Part shown: positions 19,014 to 27,468 of the stretch, piece by piece
Position numbering within the stretch: the first letter of the stretch is position 1
Layout of the letters: each line of letters opens with the position of its first letter
Assembly: GCA_045578425.1 (NCBI GenBank)
Contig: JAZNKF010000065.1
Span: 10,105 to 74,104, forward strand
Origin: Acutalibacteraceae bacterium
Lineage (GTDB): Bacteria; Bacillota; Clostridia; Oscillospirales; Acutalibacteraceae
Direction: 5' to 3'
Length of the DNA stretch: 64,000 nt
Made by a program: the position numbers and the translations under genes
The notes under the pieces: generated by a model
Seen by the model: only the letters and a program-made list of their open reading frames with translations
Database searches by the model: none
Told to the model about the DNA's origin: nothing

Positions 19014-19137
19014 ACTCATTTCTCCATATTTTTTATTCAAAAACGCCTTGTTTTTATTTGCTCGTTTTATTATGATAATCATGTATGAGTGTATCATACT
19101 CCATATTGTCTAAATTTGCAAGTAAGGAGAGAAAAAA

Positions 19138-19950
19138 ATGCGATTACGTGACAAATTTTGGTTGTGGGGTCATCCGGAAGGATGCTACAACAATGCCTAT
19201 GGCAATGACAGAGCATCCCGCATGACACCGATGGAGGCGTGCTTGTATTTAGGTGTTCGCAACACCTTTATGGTGCCCGATGGTGAACACACCCATTTTC
19301 AGGTAAACCGCCGTCAGTATAACAAATCGTTTAAAACGTTGCGCAACGTTGGTTGGGAATTCGGCGGGGCGTGCCGTGATGCCAACGGCAAAGTCAGCGC
19401 GGTAGATGAGTTTTTGGAGGATGCCAAAGATTTCCCCAATATCACCTGTGCGGTGTTTGATGATTTTAAATCCACCAACAGTGAACAACTGTCGCTCGAA
19501 GATTTCAAAAAAATTCATCATCGTTTCCGCAATAACGAGGTAAGAGGTTTGGAAACCTGGATGGTGCTTTATACCATCAATTTTGGTGATGATGAAGAAG
19601 CAGATAAGAATCTGCTTTCGTACATGGAATGCTTTGACGGTATTATTTTGTGGTGTTGGGAAGAAAAAGACGTTCCCCTTATCCCTGAAAAATTTGCTTG
19701 GTTAAAAGAAAAACTCCCCAACATGCGTTACATGTTCGGTTGCTATTTATGGAACTTCGGCGAAAAGAAAGAAGCTACCGCAAAGGCTGTGAAATGGCAA
19801 TTGGATTGGTACCGCGAACGCATTATGAACGGCGAAGCCGAAGGGGTGGTTATGCACACCAACACCATGGCTGACTTGGATTTGGAATCCTACGATGCCG
19901 CCGTTGAATGGATGGAAGAACACGGCGACGAAGAGTTTCCGGAAAAATAA
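19138..19950 (+). CDS. Conserved protein of unknown function, tandem paralog 1
   Basis: 270 aa, RBS AAGGAGAG upstream. I recognise no family. It is collinear with the next gene and roughly four-fifths identical to it by eye. Confidence 0.75.
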   Translation: MRLRDKFWLWGHPEGCYNNAYGNDRASRMTPMEACLYLGVRNTFMVPDGEHTHFQVNRRQYNKSFKTLRNVGWEFGGACRDANGKVSAVDEFLEDAKDFPNITCAVFDDFKSTNSEQLSLEDFKKIHHRFRNNEVRGLETWMVLYTINFGDDEEADKNLLSYMECFDGIILWCWEEKDVPLIPEKFAWLKEKLPNMRYMFGCYLWNFGEKKEATAKAVKWQLDWYRERIMNGEAEGVVMHTNTMADLDLESYDAAVEWMEEHGDEEFPEK

Positions 19951-19972
19951 ATAGTTTTCAGGAGGAAAAATT

Positions 19973-20788
19973 ATGTTACTTCGTGACAATTTCTGGCTGT
20001 GGGGACATCCGGAAGGATGCTACAACGATCAATACGGCAACCATCAAGTTTCTCGTATGACACCGATGGAAGCGTGTTTATACTTGGGTGTTCGCAACAC
20101 CTTTATGGTGCCGATGGGCGAACGCAACCGCCACAAAATCAACCGCCGCCAATACAACAAATCTTTTAAAACCTTACGCCGCGTCGGTTGGGAATTCGGC
20201 GGCGCTTGCAAAGATGCCAACGGTGCTATCACCGCTGCCGATGCCTTTTTGGAAGATGCCAAAGATTTCCCGAACATTTCTTGCGTGGTTTTTGACGATT
20301 TTAAAGCCACCAACGGTGAAGAGTTGCCGATGGACGATTTTAAAAAGATTCACGACCGTTTCCGCCACAACGACGTTCGCGGTTTGGAAACCTGGATGGT
20401 GCTTTATACCATCAATTTTGGTGAAGACGAAGAAGCCGATAAAAAGTTAGTTTCGTACATGGAATGCTTTGACGGTATCATTTTGTGGTGCTGGGAAGAA
20501 AAAGACGTTCCCCTTATCCCCGAAAAATTCGCTTGGTTGCAAGAAAAATTGCCCGGCAAACGGTTTATGTTTGGTTGCTATTTGTGGAACTTCGGTGAAG
20601 AAAAAGAAGCTACCGGCAAAGCGGTAAAATGGCAGTTGGATTGGTACCGCGAACGCATGTATAACGGTGAAGCTGAAGGTGTTGTGTTGCACACGAACAC
20701 CATGGCCGACTTAGATTTGGAAGCTTACGATGCCGCCATCGAATGGATGGATGAACACGGCGACGAAGAGTTTCCCCCATTGAGGTGA
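19973..20788 (+). CDS. Conserved protein of unknown function, tandem paralog 2
   Basis: 271 aa, RBS CAGGAGG upstream. It shares blocks such as FWLWGHPEGCYN, SRMTPMEACLYLGVRNTFMVP, RGLETWMVLYTINFG and MECFDGIILWCWEEKDVPLIPEKFAWL with paralog 1. Confidence 0.75.
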   Translation: MLLRDNFWLWGHPEGCYNDQYGNHQVSRMTPMEACLYLGVRNTFMVPMGERNRHKINRRQYNKSFKTLRRVGWEFGGACKDANGAITAADAFLEDAKDFPNISCVVFDDFKATNGEELPMDDFKKIHDRFRHNDVRGLETWMVLYTINFGEDEEADKKLVSYMECFDGIILWCWEEKDVPLIPEKFAWLQEKLPGKRFMFGCYLWNFGEEKEATGKAVKWQLDWYRERMYNGEAEGVVLHTNTMADLDLEAYDAAIEWMDEHGDEEFPPLR

Positions 20789-20793
20789 GCATT

Positions 20794-21165
20794 ATGAGTG
20801 GAAAAAAACAATGGTACATTGTTGACGGTTATCGCCCATCACCGCAACCCGACCCAAACGCGGTTTACGAAGGTCACGAAAGCATTATGATTCTTAACAC
20901 CAATGCCAAAGATGCTCACGTGATGCTCAGCGTGTATTTTGAAGACCGTGAACCGGTGGAAAACATCCCTTACACCGTGCCGGCAAAACGCATTCGGTGT
21001 TTTAAATCCGACGACAAAGAAGTGCTTGGAGGTTTGGAATTGGGTGTCGGTGTTCAGTATTCCCTTTCTATCAAAAGTGATGTTGGTGTTGTGGTGCAAT
21101 ACGGACGTTTAGATGTGCAACAACCGAACATGGCTTATATGGCCTTGATGGCACAAAGTGAATAA
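20794..21165 (+). CDS. ASRT-family protein (sensory rhodopsin transducer-like beta-sandwich, PF07100-type)
   Basis: ATG 20794 follows GAGGTGA. The sequence (WYIVDGY...HESIMILNTNAKDAHVMLSVYFEDREPV..YTVPAKR...VVVQYGRLD) matches the pattern I recall for Anabaena ASRT and Thermotoga TM1070 homologs. Confidence 0.7.
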   Translation: MSGKKQWYIVDGYRPSPQPDPNAVYEGHESIMILNTNAKDAHVMLSVYFEDREPVENIPYTVPAKRIRCFKSDDKEVLGGLELGVGVQYSLSIKSDVGVVVQYGRLDVQQPNMAYMALMAQSE

Positions 21166-21178
21166 GGAGGAAATCTGT

Positions 21179-22222
21179 ATGAAGGTTCAAGGTGTTTGCG
21201 GCGAATTGAGCCGTGAAGATTTGGGGGTTGTTACCACCCACGAGCACGTGTTGTTGGACTTGACCGCGTTTTATCAAGAACTCCCTGTTCCGGGTATTGA
21301 AGACCCCGCTACGCAAAAAGTGGAAATGTGGAATCTTGGTATTCTCAGCCGTGACTGTTACGCTTTAAAAGACAATTTGTTGTTGGACGATGAAGACGTC
21401 GCCATTGATGAGTTGAACCGCTTTAAAGAAGCGGGCGGTGACACCGTGGTGGATGCTTCCTTGCCCGGCATTGGTCGCAATCCCAAAGCGTTGGCGCGCA
21501 TTGCCAAAGCAACAGGACTTAACATCATTATGGGAACCGGTTTTTACGTGGGGGAAACACACCCCGCCGAACTGGCGACCATGACCGACGAACAAGTCGG
21601 TGATTTGATGGTCAAAGAATTGGTGGAAGGTGTTGACGGCGTACGTGCCGGTTACATTGGGGAAATCGGCATCAGTGAAATCTTTGACGACAAAGAACGC
21701 AAAGTGCTACGCGCTGCTGCCATTGCTCAAAAGAAAACCGGTGTTGCTATTAATGTGCACATCAATCCGTGGACGGTCAATGGCTTGGAAGCAGCCGACA
21801 TTTTGCTTAATGCCGGTGTGGATCCCAGCCGTATTTGCATTAGCCACATTGACGTGGAAAATCGCGAAGAATACATCTTTGCCTTGCTTGAAAAAGGCGT
21901 GTATGTAGAGTTTGACAACTTTGGCAAAGAATACTATATCCGCCGCGAAGTGCGTAATTCCGGTTACGGTTTGTTTGTTCACGATACAGACCGTGTAAAA
22001 CTGCTCAAGAAGATGATTGATGACGGCTATTTGAAACAAATCCTGTTATCCTGCGATTTGTGTCTTAAAAACCTCATGCACAAGTACGGCGGTTGGGGGT
22101 ATGACCATCTGTTGACTAATGTCGTTCCCATGATGCAAGACGAAGGTATTACCGATGAGCAAATCAGCATTTTGTTAAAAGACAACGCCGCCGATTGGTT
22201 GTGCGGAAAAGAAAAGGAGTAA
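21179..22222 (+). CDS. Phosphotriesterase-family (PTER/Php, COG1735) amidohydrolase-fold hydrolase, likely a lactonase
   Basis: ATG 21179 follows AAGGAGG. It has the metal-binding TTHEHVLLD motif, GYIGEIG, the HINPW region and an SCDL-type end, typical of the PTE homology family. Confidence 0.85.
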   Translation: MKVQGVCGELSREDLGVVTTHEHVLLDLTAFYQELPVPGIEDPATQKVEMWNLGILSRDCYALKDNLLLDDEDVAIDELNRFKEAGGDTVVDASLPGIGRNPKALARIAKATGLNIIMGTGFYVGETHPAELATMTDEQVGDLMVKELVEGVDGVRAGYIGEIGISEIFDDKERKVLRAAAIAQKKTGVAINVHINPWTVNGLEAADILLNAGVDPSRICISHIDVENREEYIFALLEKGVYVEFDNFGKEYYIRREVRNSGYGLFVHDTDRVKLLKKMIDDGYLKQILLSCDLCLKNLMHKYGGWGYDHLLTNVVPMMQDEGITDEQISILLKDNAADWLCGKEKE

Positions 22223-22228
22223 TGAATT

Positions 22229-23416
22229 ATGATTAATCTGCCGAGCATTCCGCTGGAAGAATACAAAGAACGTGTGGTAAAAGTACAAGCCACCATGCAA
22301 AAAGAAGGTTACGACATTTTATTAGCTTACGGCAACGAAGCCGAACCGCAATTTGTGCGTTATTTTTCGAATTACTGGCCGTCGTTTGAAACTGCCGGCG
22401 TGTTGATTCCCGCACAAGGTGAACCGATTTTACTGATTGGGCCGGAAAGCTACACCTATGCCAGCGACCGTTCTAAAATTGATACCATTTGCCGCGTGAA
22501 AGCATTCCGTGAATCGTCCGAGCCGGAATATCCCGGCGAGAAACTGGACACTTTCAACACCGTTTTTGAAAAGGTGTTGGGTAACAAACCCATTAACCGT
22601 ATCGGCGTTGCCGGCTTGCCGCTGATGACCATTGGCGTTTATGAAGCGTTGGCCGATGCACTGAAAGTATACGGTGATATCAAAATTGAAAAAGCGGATT
22701 ACGTGGTAAACGACATTCGTATGCACAAAACCGAAAACGAACTCGCTTGCATGCGCGCTGCTGCCAAAATCACCGCCCAAACGTTTGATTACGTGTTAGA
22801 AAACATTCGCGTTGGCATGACCGAACAACAAGTTGTCGGTTTGGCGCTCGGCAAAATGCATGAGCTGGGTGCTGAACGTGAATCGTATCCGTTATGGGTG
22901 TTGACCGGCAAAGGCTCCAACCAAGCTATCAGCCGTCCGCGCAACAAAGTGATTGAAAAAGGTGACATGACCTTCTTGCAAATCGGCGCCCGTGTTGACG
23001 GGTATGCTTCCAGCATTGGTCGCCCTGTCGTGTTCGGCAAAGCCACCGAAGAGCAACGCAAGTTGATTGAAACCGGTTACAAAGCGCAAGAAGCTGTTAT
23101 TGCTATGCTCAAAGCCGGTGTCCCCGCTTGTGAGGTAGCCAAAGCACATATCAAAAACGTTACCGACATGGGTTACGGCGATTGGCTCTTGTACGGTCCG
23201 TGCCACGGCAACGGCACCATGGAAGGTGAAGCACCGTGGATTGAAACTTCGGCTGACTACCTGTTGGAAGAAAACATGACATTCTGCGTGGATATCTTCC
23301 TTGGTTCCAAAGAAAAGCAAATCGGTCTTCGCATGGAAGATGTGGTATGCGTCAAAAAAGACGGTGCCGAAAACCTTACCGATTACCCCAGAGAATTGTT
23401 TGAAATTCCGTGCTGA
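22229..23416 (+). CDS. M24-family metallopeptidase (Xaa-Pro aminopeptidase/creatinase-like)
   Basis: 395 aa. A creatinase-type N-domain is followed by the pita-bread fold (GDMTFLQIGARVDGYASSIGRP, HGNGTMEGEAPW, VDIFL...GLRMEDVV). Confidence 0.85.
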   Translation: MINLPSIPLEEYKERVVKVQATMQKEGYDILLAYGNEAEPQFVRYFSNYWPSFETAGVLIPAQGEPILLIGPESYTYASDRSKIDTICRVKAFRESSEPEYPGEKLDTFNTVFEKVLGNKPINRIGVAGLPLMTIGVYEALADALKVYGDIKIEKADYVVNDIRMHKTENELACMRAAAKITAQTFDYVLENIRVGMTEQQVVGLALGKMHELGAERESYPLWVLTGKGSNQAISRPRNKVIEKGDMTFLQIGARVDGYASSIGRPVVFGKATEEQRKLIETGYKAQEAVIAMLKAGVPACEVAKAHIKNVTDMGYGDWLLYGPCHGNGTMEGEAPWIETSADYLLEENMTFCVDIFLGSKEKQIGLRMEDVVCVKKDGAENLTDYPRELFEIPC

Positions 23417-23422
23417 TTTTTT

Positions 23423-23464
23423 AAAAACGTGTGGTAACAAAACTTGTTACCACACGTTTTTTGT
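23423..23464 (+). terminator. Intrinsic terminator closing the AraC-linked operon
   Basis: Stem ACGTGTGGTAACAA (23427-23440) pairs with TTGTTACCACACGT (23445-23458) and is followed by T6. Confidence 0.8.
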
Positions 23465-23566
23465 GCAAGTCATATTACCTTATGGGTATTCGGACTTATT
23501 GCAACAAAATTGGATATCTTTCTAGAGTCTTTTTTACAGAAAACGTCAATAAAAGCTTTTTAATAC

Positions 23567-23595
23567 TTGAAAAATACTTTTATATGTGTTACGAT
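23567..23595 (+). promoter_or_regulatory. Candidate sigma-A-type promoter for the plus-strand glycan locus
   Basis: TTGAAA (23567-23572), a 17-nt spacer, then TACGAT (23590-23595) with an upstream TGT. No better match lies in the 260-nt leader. Confidence 0.4.
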
Positions 23596-23615
23596 GGTTA
23601 CAAAGCTGTAACAAC
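23596..23615. promoter_or_regulatory. Palindromic motif GTTACA-AAGC-TGTAAC; its 15-nt core TTACAAAGCTGTAAC recurs at 53039-53053
   Basis: An exact 15-mer is shared with the promoter region of the second glycan locus. Here it directly abuts the -10 element and covers the predicted transcription start. Confidence 0.5.
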
Positions 23616-23728
23616 TATAAATCTTCACTTGTGCCTCCTTTGTTTTCCAAGGGATACCCCATGTTTGTTATTGCTTGTCCCGTTTTTTCTGCTTCAACGG
23701 AATTATATAGAAAGTATGAGTACGGATT

Positions 23729-25165
23729 ATGATGAAAAACAAGGAAACATTAACCGGTGTCAAAAGCGTTATTCGCAGCGCAGAAGGTTTATTGGAACTT
23801 TTTTTACTTGCCCTAATTTATTATTTGGTATGCCGTCATGGATATGCCGATGCCTTATTTCCTTCTTATATCGGCATAGGCAAATATATCCTTACCGGGG
23901 TATACGGTCTGTTGACCGCTGTTTTATTTGCCTGCTTTGACGGCTTTAAATTTGGGCATTTGCGTGTGACCGAAGTTCTTCTTTCACAATGGATTGCTTT
24001 GGTTATTGTGAATTTTATCACGTATTGGCAATTATGCTTGGTGGCTAATGCGGTCATCAGTCCCCTGCCGTTGGTTATTGCTCTGCTTATCGGTGCTATT
24101 ATCTCACTTGTGTGCGTTGTAACCTATACTTCTTTTTATCATCGATTATATGCGCCGCGGAACATGGTTATGATATTTGGCAGAGATAAAGCCGTTACTT
24201 TGAAATTCAAGATGGAAACTCGCCCCGATAAATACCGTATTGTAAAATTGCTTTCGATTGACGAGGGGTTTGAAAAAATCTGCGAACAAATTGTCAAATA
24301 CGATGCGGTGGTTATTAACGATATTCCCGCCGACCTGCGCAACGACATTCTCAAATTTTGCTACAAGAATGAAATTCGCACCTATTTAACACCGAAAATC
24401 AGCGATATCGTGGTGCGCGGTGCCTTGAATATCAATTTGTTTGACACTCCTTTGCTGTTGGTGAGAGGAAAAGGGCTTTCCGCCACGCAACGCATTATCA
24501 AACGATTTATGGACTTGGTTATTTCATTATTATTAGTCATTATTACCTCTCCCGTTATGTTGTTGGTAGCCCTTGCTATCAAGTTGGAAGACGGCGGTCC
24601 TGTCTTTTACAAGCAAGCACGTATGTCTTTTGGCAACAAAGTCTTCAACATTTTGAAATTCCGCAGTATGATTGTGGACGCAGAAAAAGAGGGTCATTCC
24701 ATTCCCGCAACCGGTCACGACCCGCGCATTACCAAAGTGGGGCGCTTTACACGCGCCACACGTATTGATGAATTACCTCAGTTGCTCAATATTCTCAAAG
24801 GCGATATGAGTATTGTCGGTCCGCGTCCCGAACGTGTGGAACACATGCAAGAATACGGTGATAAAATTCCGGAATTTGTTTTTAGAACAAAAGTCAAGGG
24901 CGGTCTTACCGGTTACGCGCAAATTTATGGAAAATACAACACTTCCCCCTATGACAAGTTGCGTTTGGACATGATGTATATCGAGAATTATTCGTTGCTT
25001 TTAGATATTAAGCTCATTTTTATGACATTGCGCATCATGCTCACTAAGGAAAGTGTTGAAGGATTTGAAACTATTGAACAATTAGAACACTTGGCACTTG
25101 ATGCTGTCGAGCATCGTGCCGATACCGATGAAGATATCCCCGAGTTAGCAGATGCCATTAAATAA
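23729..25165 (+). CDS. Polyprenyl-phosphate glycosyl-1-phosphate transferase (WbaP/CpsE-type initiating sugar transferase)
   Basis: 478 aa. N-terminal TM helices, a central linker and a C-terminal bacterial sugar transferase domain (KRFMDLVISLLL..., FKFRSM, DELPQLLNILKGDMSIVGPRPE, GLTGYAQI). Confidence 0.9.
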   Translation: MMKNKETLTGVKSVIRSAEGLLELFLLALIYYLVCRHGYADALFPSYIGIGKYILTGVYGLLTAVLFACFDGFKFGHLRVTEVLLSQWIALVIVNFITYWQLCLVANAVISPLPLVIALLIGAIISLVCVVTYTSFYHRLYAPRNMVMIFGRDKAVTLKFKMETRPDKYRIVKLLSIDEGFEKICEQIVKYDAVVINDIPADLRNDILKFCYKNEIRTYLTPKISDIVVRGALNINLFDTPLLLVRGKGLSATQRIIKRFMDLVISLLLVIITSPVMLLVALAIKLEDGGPVFYKQARMSFGNKVFNILKFRSMIVDAEKEGHSIPATGHDPRITKVGRFTRATRIDELPQLLNILKGDMSIVGPRPERVEHMQEYGDKIPEFVFRTKVKGGLTGYAQIYGKYNTSPYDKLRLDMMYIENYSLLLDIKLIFMTLRIMLTKESVEGFETIEQLEHLALDAVEHRADTDEDIPELADAIK

Positions 25166-25186
25166 TCCGTGCAAATCACGTGAGAA

Positions 25187-26386
25187 ATGAGAAAAACTAT
25201 GAAAATACTTGTCATTTGTCAGCATTATTGGCCGGAACCGTTCGTTTTGGAAGATACTTGTGAAGAACTGGTTCGCCGCGGTCACACCGTTCATGTGGTA
25301 ACCGGTGTTCCCAATTATCCGATGGGTTATATTTACGAAGACTACAAAAAAGGGAAAAACCGAACACAAGAACGCGGCGGTGTGCGTATTACCAGAACAT
25401 TCACTATTGGACGGCGGCAAAACGTGCTGTTCCGTTTTCTTAATTACTTTAGTTTTGCGATTTCTTCCACACGGTATGTCCGCCGTTTGAAAGAAGAGTA
25501 CGATGTGGTATATACCAATCAGCTTTCTCCCATCATGATGGTAAATGCCGCTATGGTGTATGCAAAAAAATGGAAGAAAAAAGCGGTTTTGTATTGCATG
25601 GATTTGTGGCCGGCAAGCCTTGCTGCCGGTGGTATCAGCCAACGTTCTCCCATTTACAAAATTTTCAGTGCTGTTTCCGGTTGGTTGTATCGCAAGGCTG
25701 ACAGAATTTTGGTAACTTCCCGTATGTTTGAGGAATATTTTGAGCAAAAATTTAATATTGGCTCCGATATTGTGGAATACTTACCTCAATACGCCGATAA
25801 CCGCTTTGCTACGTTGCCCGAACAACCGTTGGACCAAACCGTTGATTTGATGTTTGCGGGGAATATCGGCACCGCACAAAGTATTCCCACCATCTTACAC
25901 GCCGCCAAATTGCTGGAAGACAACGAGCAACTGCGATGGCACATCATCGGCGACGGCTCGGAATTGGAAAATTCTAAAAAACTCGCCAAAGAGCTGGAGC
26001 TACAACATGTTATCTTTTACGGCCGTAAACCAATGGAAGAAATGCCGATGTATTATGCCAAGGCCGATGCCATGCTGCTGACATTGACGGCAGACCCTTT
26101 TATCTCCATGACATTACCCGGCAAAGCGCAAACGTATATGGCGGCGGGCAAACCCATTATTGCCGCCGGAAACGGTGAAATACACCGTGTGCTGTCGGAT
26201 GCCGGTTGCGGATTTTGCGGACCTGCCGAAGATGCTGAAGGCTTAGCAAATGCTGTCCGAGAATTTTTGGAACATCCCAACCGCGAGGAATTGGGCAAAA
26301 TTGCTCGAGAATATTATGAACAACATTTCACGCGCGATATGTTTATGGATTCTTTGGAACAAGAACTCAAAAATGCTTGTCAATGA
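25187..26386 (+). CDS. GT4-family glycosyltransferase, WbuB-like
   Basis: 399 aa. The N-terminal ILVICQHYWPE signature and C-terminal GT1/GT4 core (E..LP.K..TYMAAGKPIIA) match, and its position directly upstream of fnlABC mirrors L-FucNAc transferase genes. Confidence 0.75.
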   Translation: MRKTMKILVICQHYWPEPFVLEDTCEELVRRGHTVHVVTGVPNYPMGYIYEDYKKGKNRTQERGGVRITRTFTIGRRQNVLFRFLNYFSFAISSTRYVRRLKEEYDVVYTNQLSPIMMVNAAMVYAKKWKKKAVLYCMDLWPASLAAGGISQRSPIYKIFSAVSGWLYRKADRILVTSRMFEEYFEQKFNIGSDIVEYLPQYADNRFATLPEQPLDQTVDLMFAGNIGTAQSIPTILHAAKLLEDNEQLRWHIIGDGSELENSKKLAKELELQHVIFYGRKPMEEMPMYYAKADAMLLTLTADPFISMTLPGKAQTYMAAGKPIIAAGNGEIHRVLSDAGCGFCGPAEDAEGLANAVREFLEHPNREELGKIAREYYEQHFTRDMFMDSLEQELKNACQ

Positions 26387-26420
26387 TAAAATTTAGATAA
26401 ATCAAACGGAGGAATTTGCA

Positions 26421-27467
26421 ATGTCTCAATTTACCGGAAAAACCCTCATGATCACCGGTGGTACCGGTTCTTTTGGTAATGCTGTTCTCAATCGTTTTTT
26501 GAAAACCGATATCGGAGAGATTCGCGTATTTTCTCGCGATGAGAAAAAGCAAGACGATATGCGCCATGAGTTTCAATCAAAAATGCCGGAAGTGGCAGAA
26601 AAAATCAAGTTTTTTATCGGCGATGTTCGTGATTTGGCATCGGTGAAAAACGCCATGCACGGTGTGGATTATATTTTCCACGCCGCTGCTCTCAAACAAG
26701 TCCCTTCCTGCGAATTTTTCCCGATGGAAGCAGTCCGCACCAACGTTATCGGCACGGACAACGTTTTGACCGCCGCTATTGAAGCAGGCGTTCAAAATAT
26801 CGTGTGCCTTTCCACCGATAAAGCCGCTTATCCCATCAACGCCATGGGTATTTCCAAAGCGTTGGAAGAACGCGTTTCCGTGGCGAAATCGCGTACGGTT
26901 TCTCCCGAAAAAACCAAAATTTGTTGCACACGTTACGGTAACGTTATGTGCAGCCGCGGTTCGGTAATTCCGCTTTGGATTGACCAAATTCGCCGCGGTG
27001 AGGATATTACCATTACCGATCCTAATATGACTCGCTTTATTATGAGTTTGGAAGAAGCAGTTGACCTGGTTCTTTTTGCTTTTGAACACGGTGTTTCGGG
27101 TGATATTTTGGTGCAAAAAGCACCTGCGTGTACCATTGAAACACAAGCCAAAGCCGTGCTGGAATTGTTTGATAAAGAACACAAATGCGGTATTAAAATC
27201 ATTGGTATTCGTCACGGTGAAAAGAGTTATGAAACCTTGCTCACCAATGAAGAATGTGCCAATGCCGAAGATTTGGGTAATTTTTATCGTGTGCCTTGTG
27301 ATAAACGAAATTTAAATTACGATAAATATTTCAATCAAGGTGACAAAACACGCAATCCGTTATCAGAGTTTAATTCCAACAACACCGAACGCTTAAACGT
27401 GGAGCAAGTAAAAGAAAAATTATTAACTTTGCAATATATTCGCGACGAATTAGCGAAGGAGTTATAA
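26421..27467 (+). CDS. fnlA: UDP-N-acetylglucosamine 4,6-dehydratase/5-epimerase (FnlA/CapE/WbjB type)
   Basis: 348 aa. ITGGTGSFGN Rossmann motif, MGISKAL (the M-x3-K variant typical of CapE/FnlA), and strong overall family resemblance. Confidence 0.9.
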   Translation: MSQFTGKTLMITGGTGSFGNAVLNRFLKTDIGEIRVFSRDEKKQDDMRHEFQSKMPEVAEKIKFFIGDVRDLASVKNAMHGVDYIFHAAALKQVPSCEFFPMEAVRTNVIGTDNVLTAAIEAGVQNIVCLSTDKAAYPINAMGISKALEERVSVAKSRTVSPEKTKICCTRYGNVMCSRGSVIPLWIDQIRRGEDITITDPNMTRFIMSLEEAVDLVLFAFEHGVSGDILVQKAPACTIETQAKAVLELFDKEHKCGIKIIGIRHGEKSYETLLTNEECANAEDLGNFYRVPCDKRNLNYDKYFNQGDKTRNPLSEFNSNNTERLNVEQVKEKLLTLQYIRDELAKEL

Positions 27468-27468
27468 T

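Noticed and set aside
23431-23940. A 169-aa ORF spanning the terminator, leader and 5' end of the WbaP-like gene.
   Set aside because: It runs through an intrinsic terminator and a promoter and has no RBS, and its C-terminal part is out of frame with a well-supported gene.
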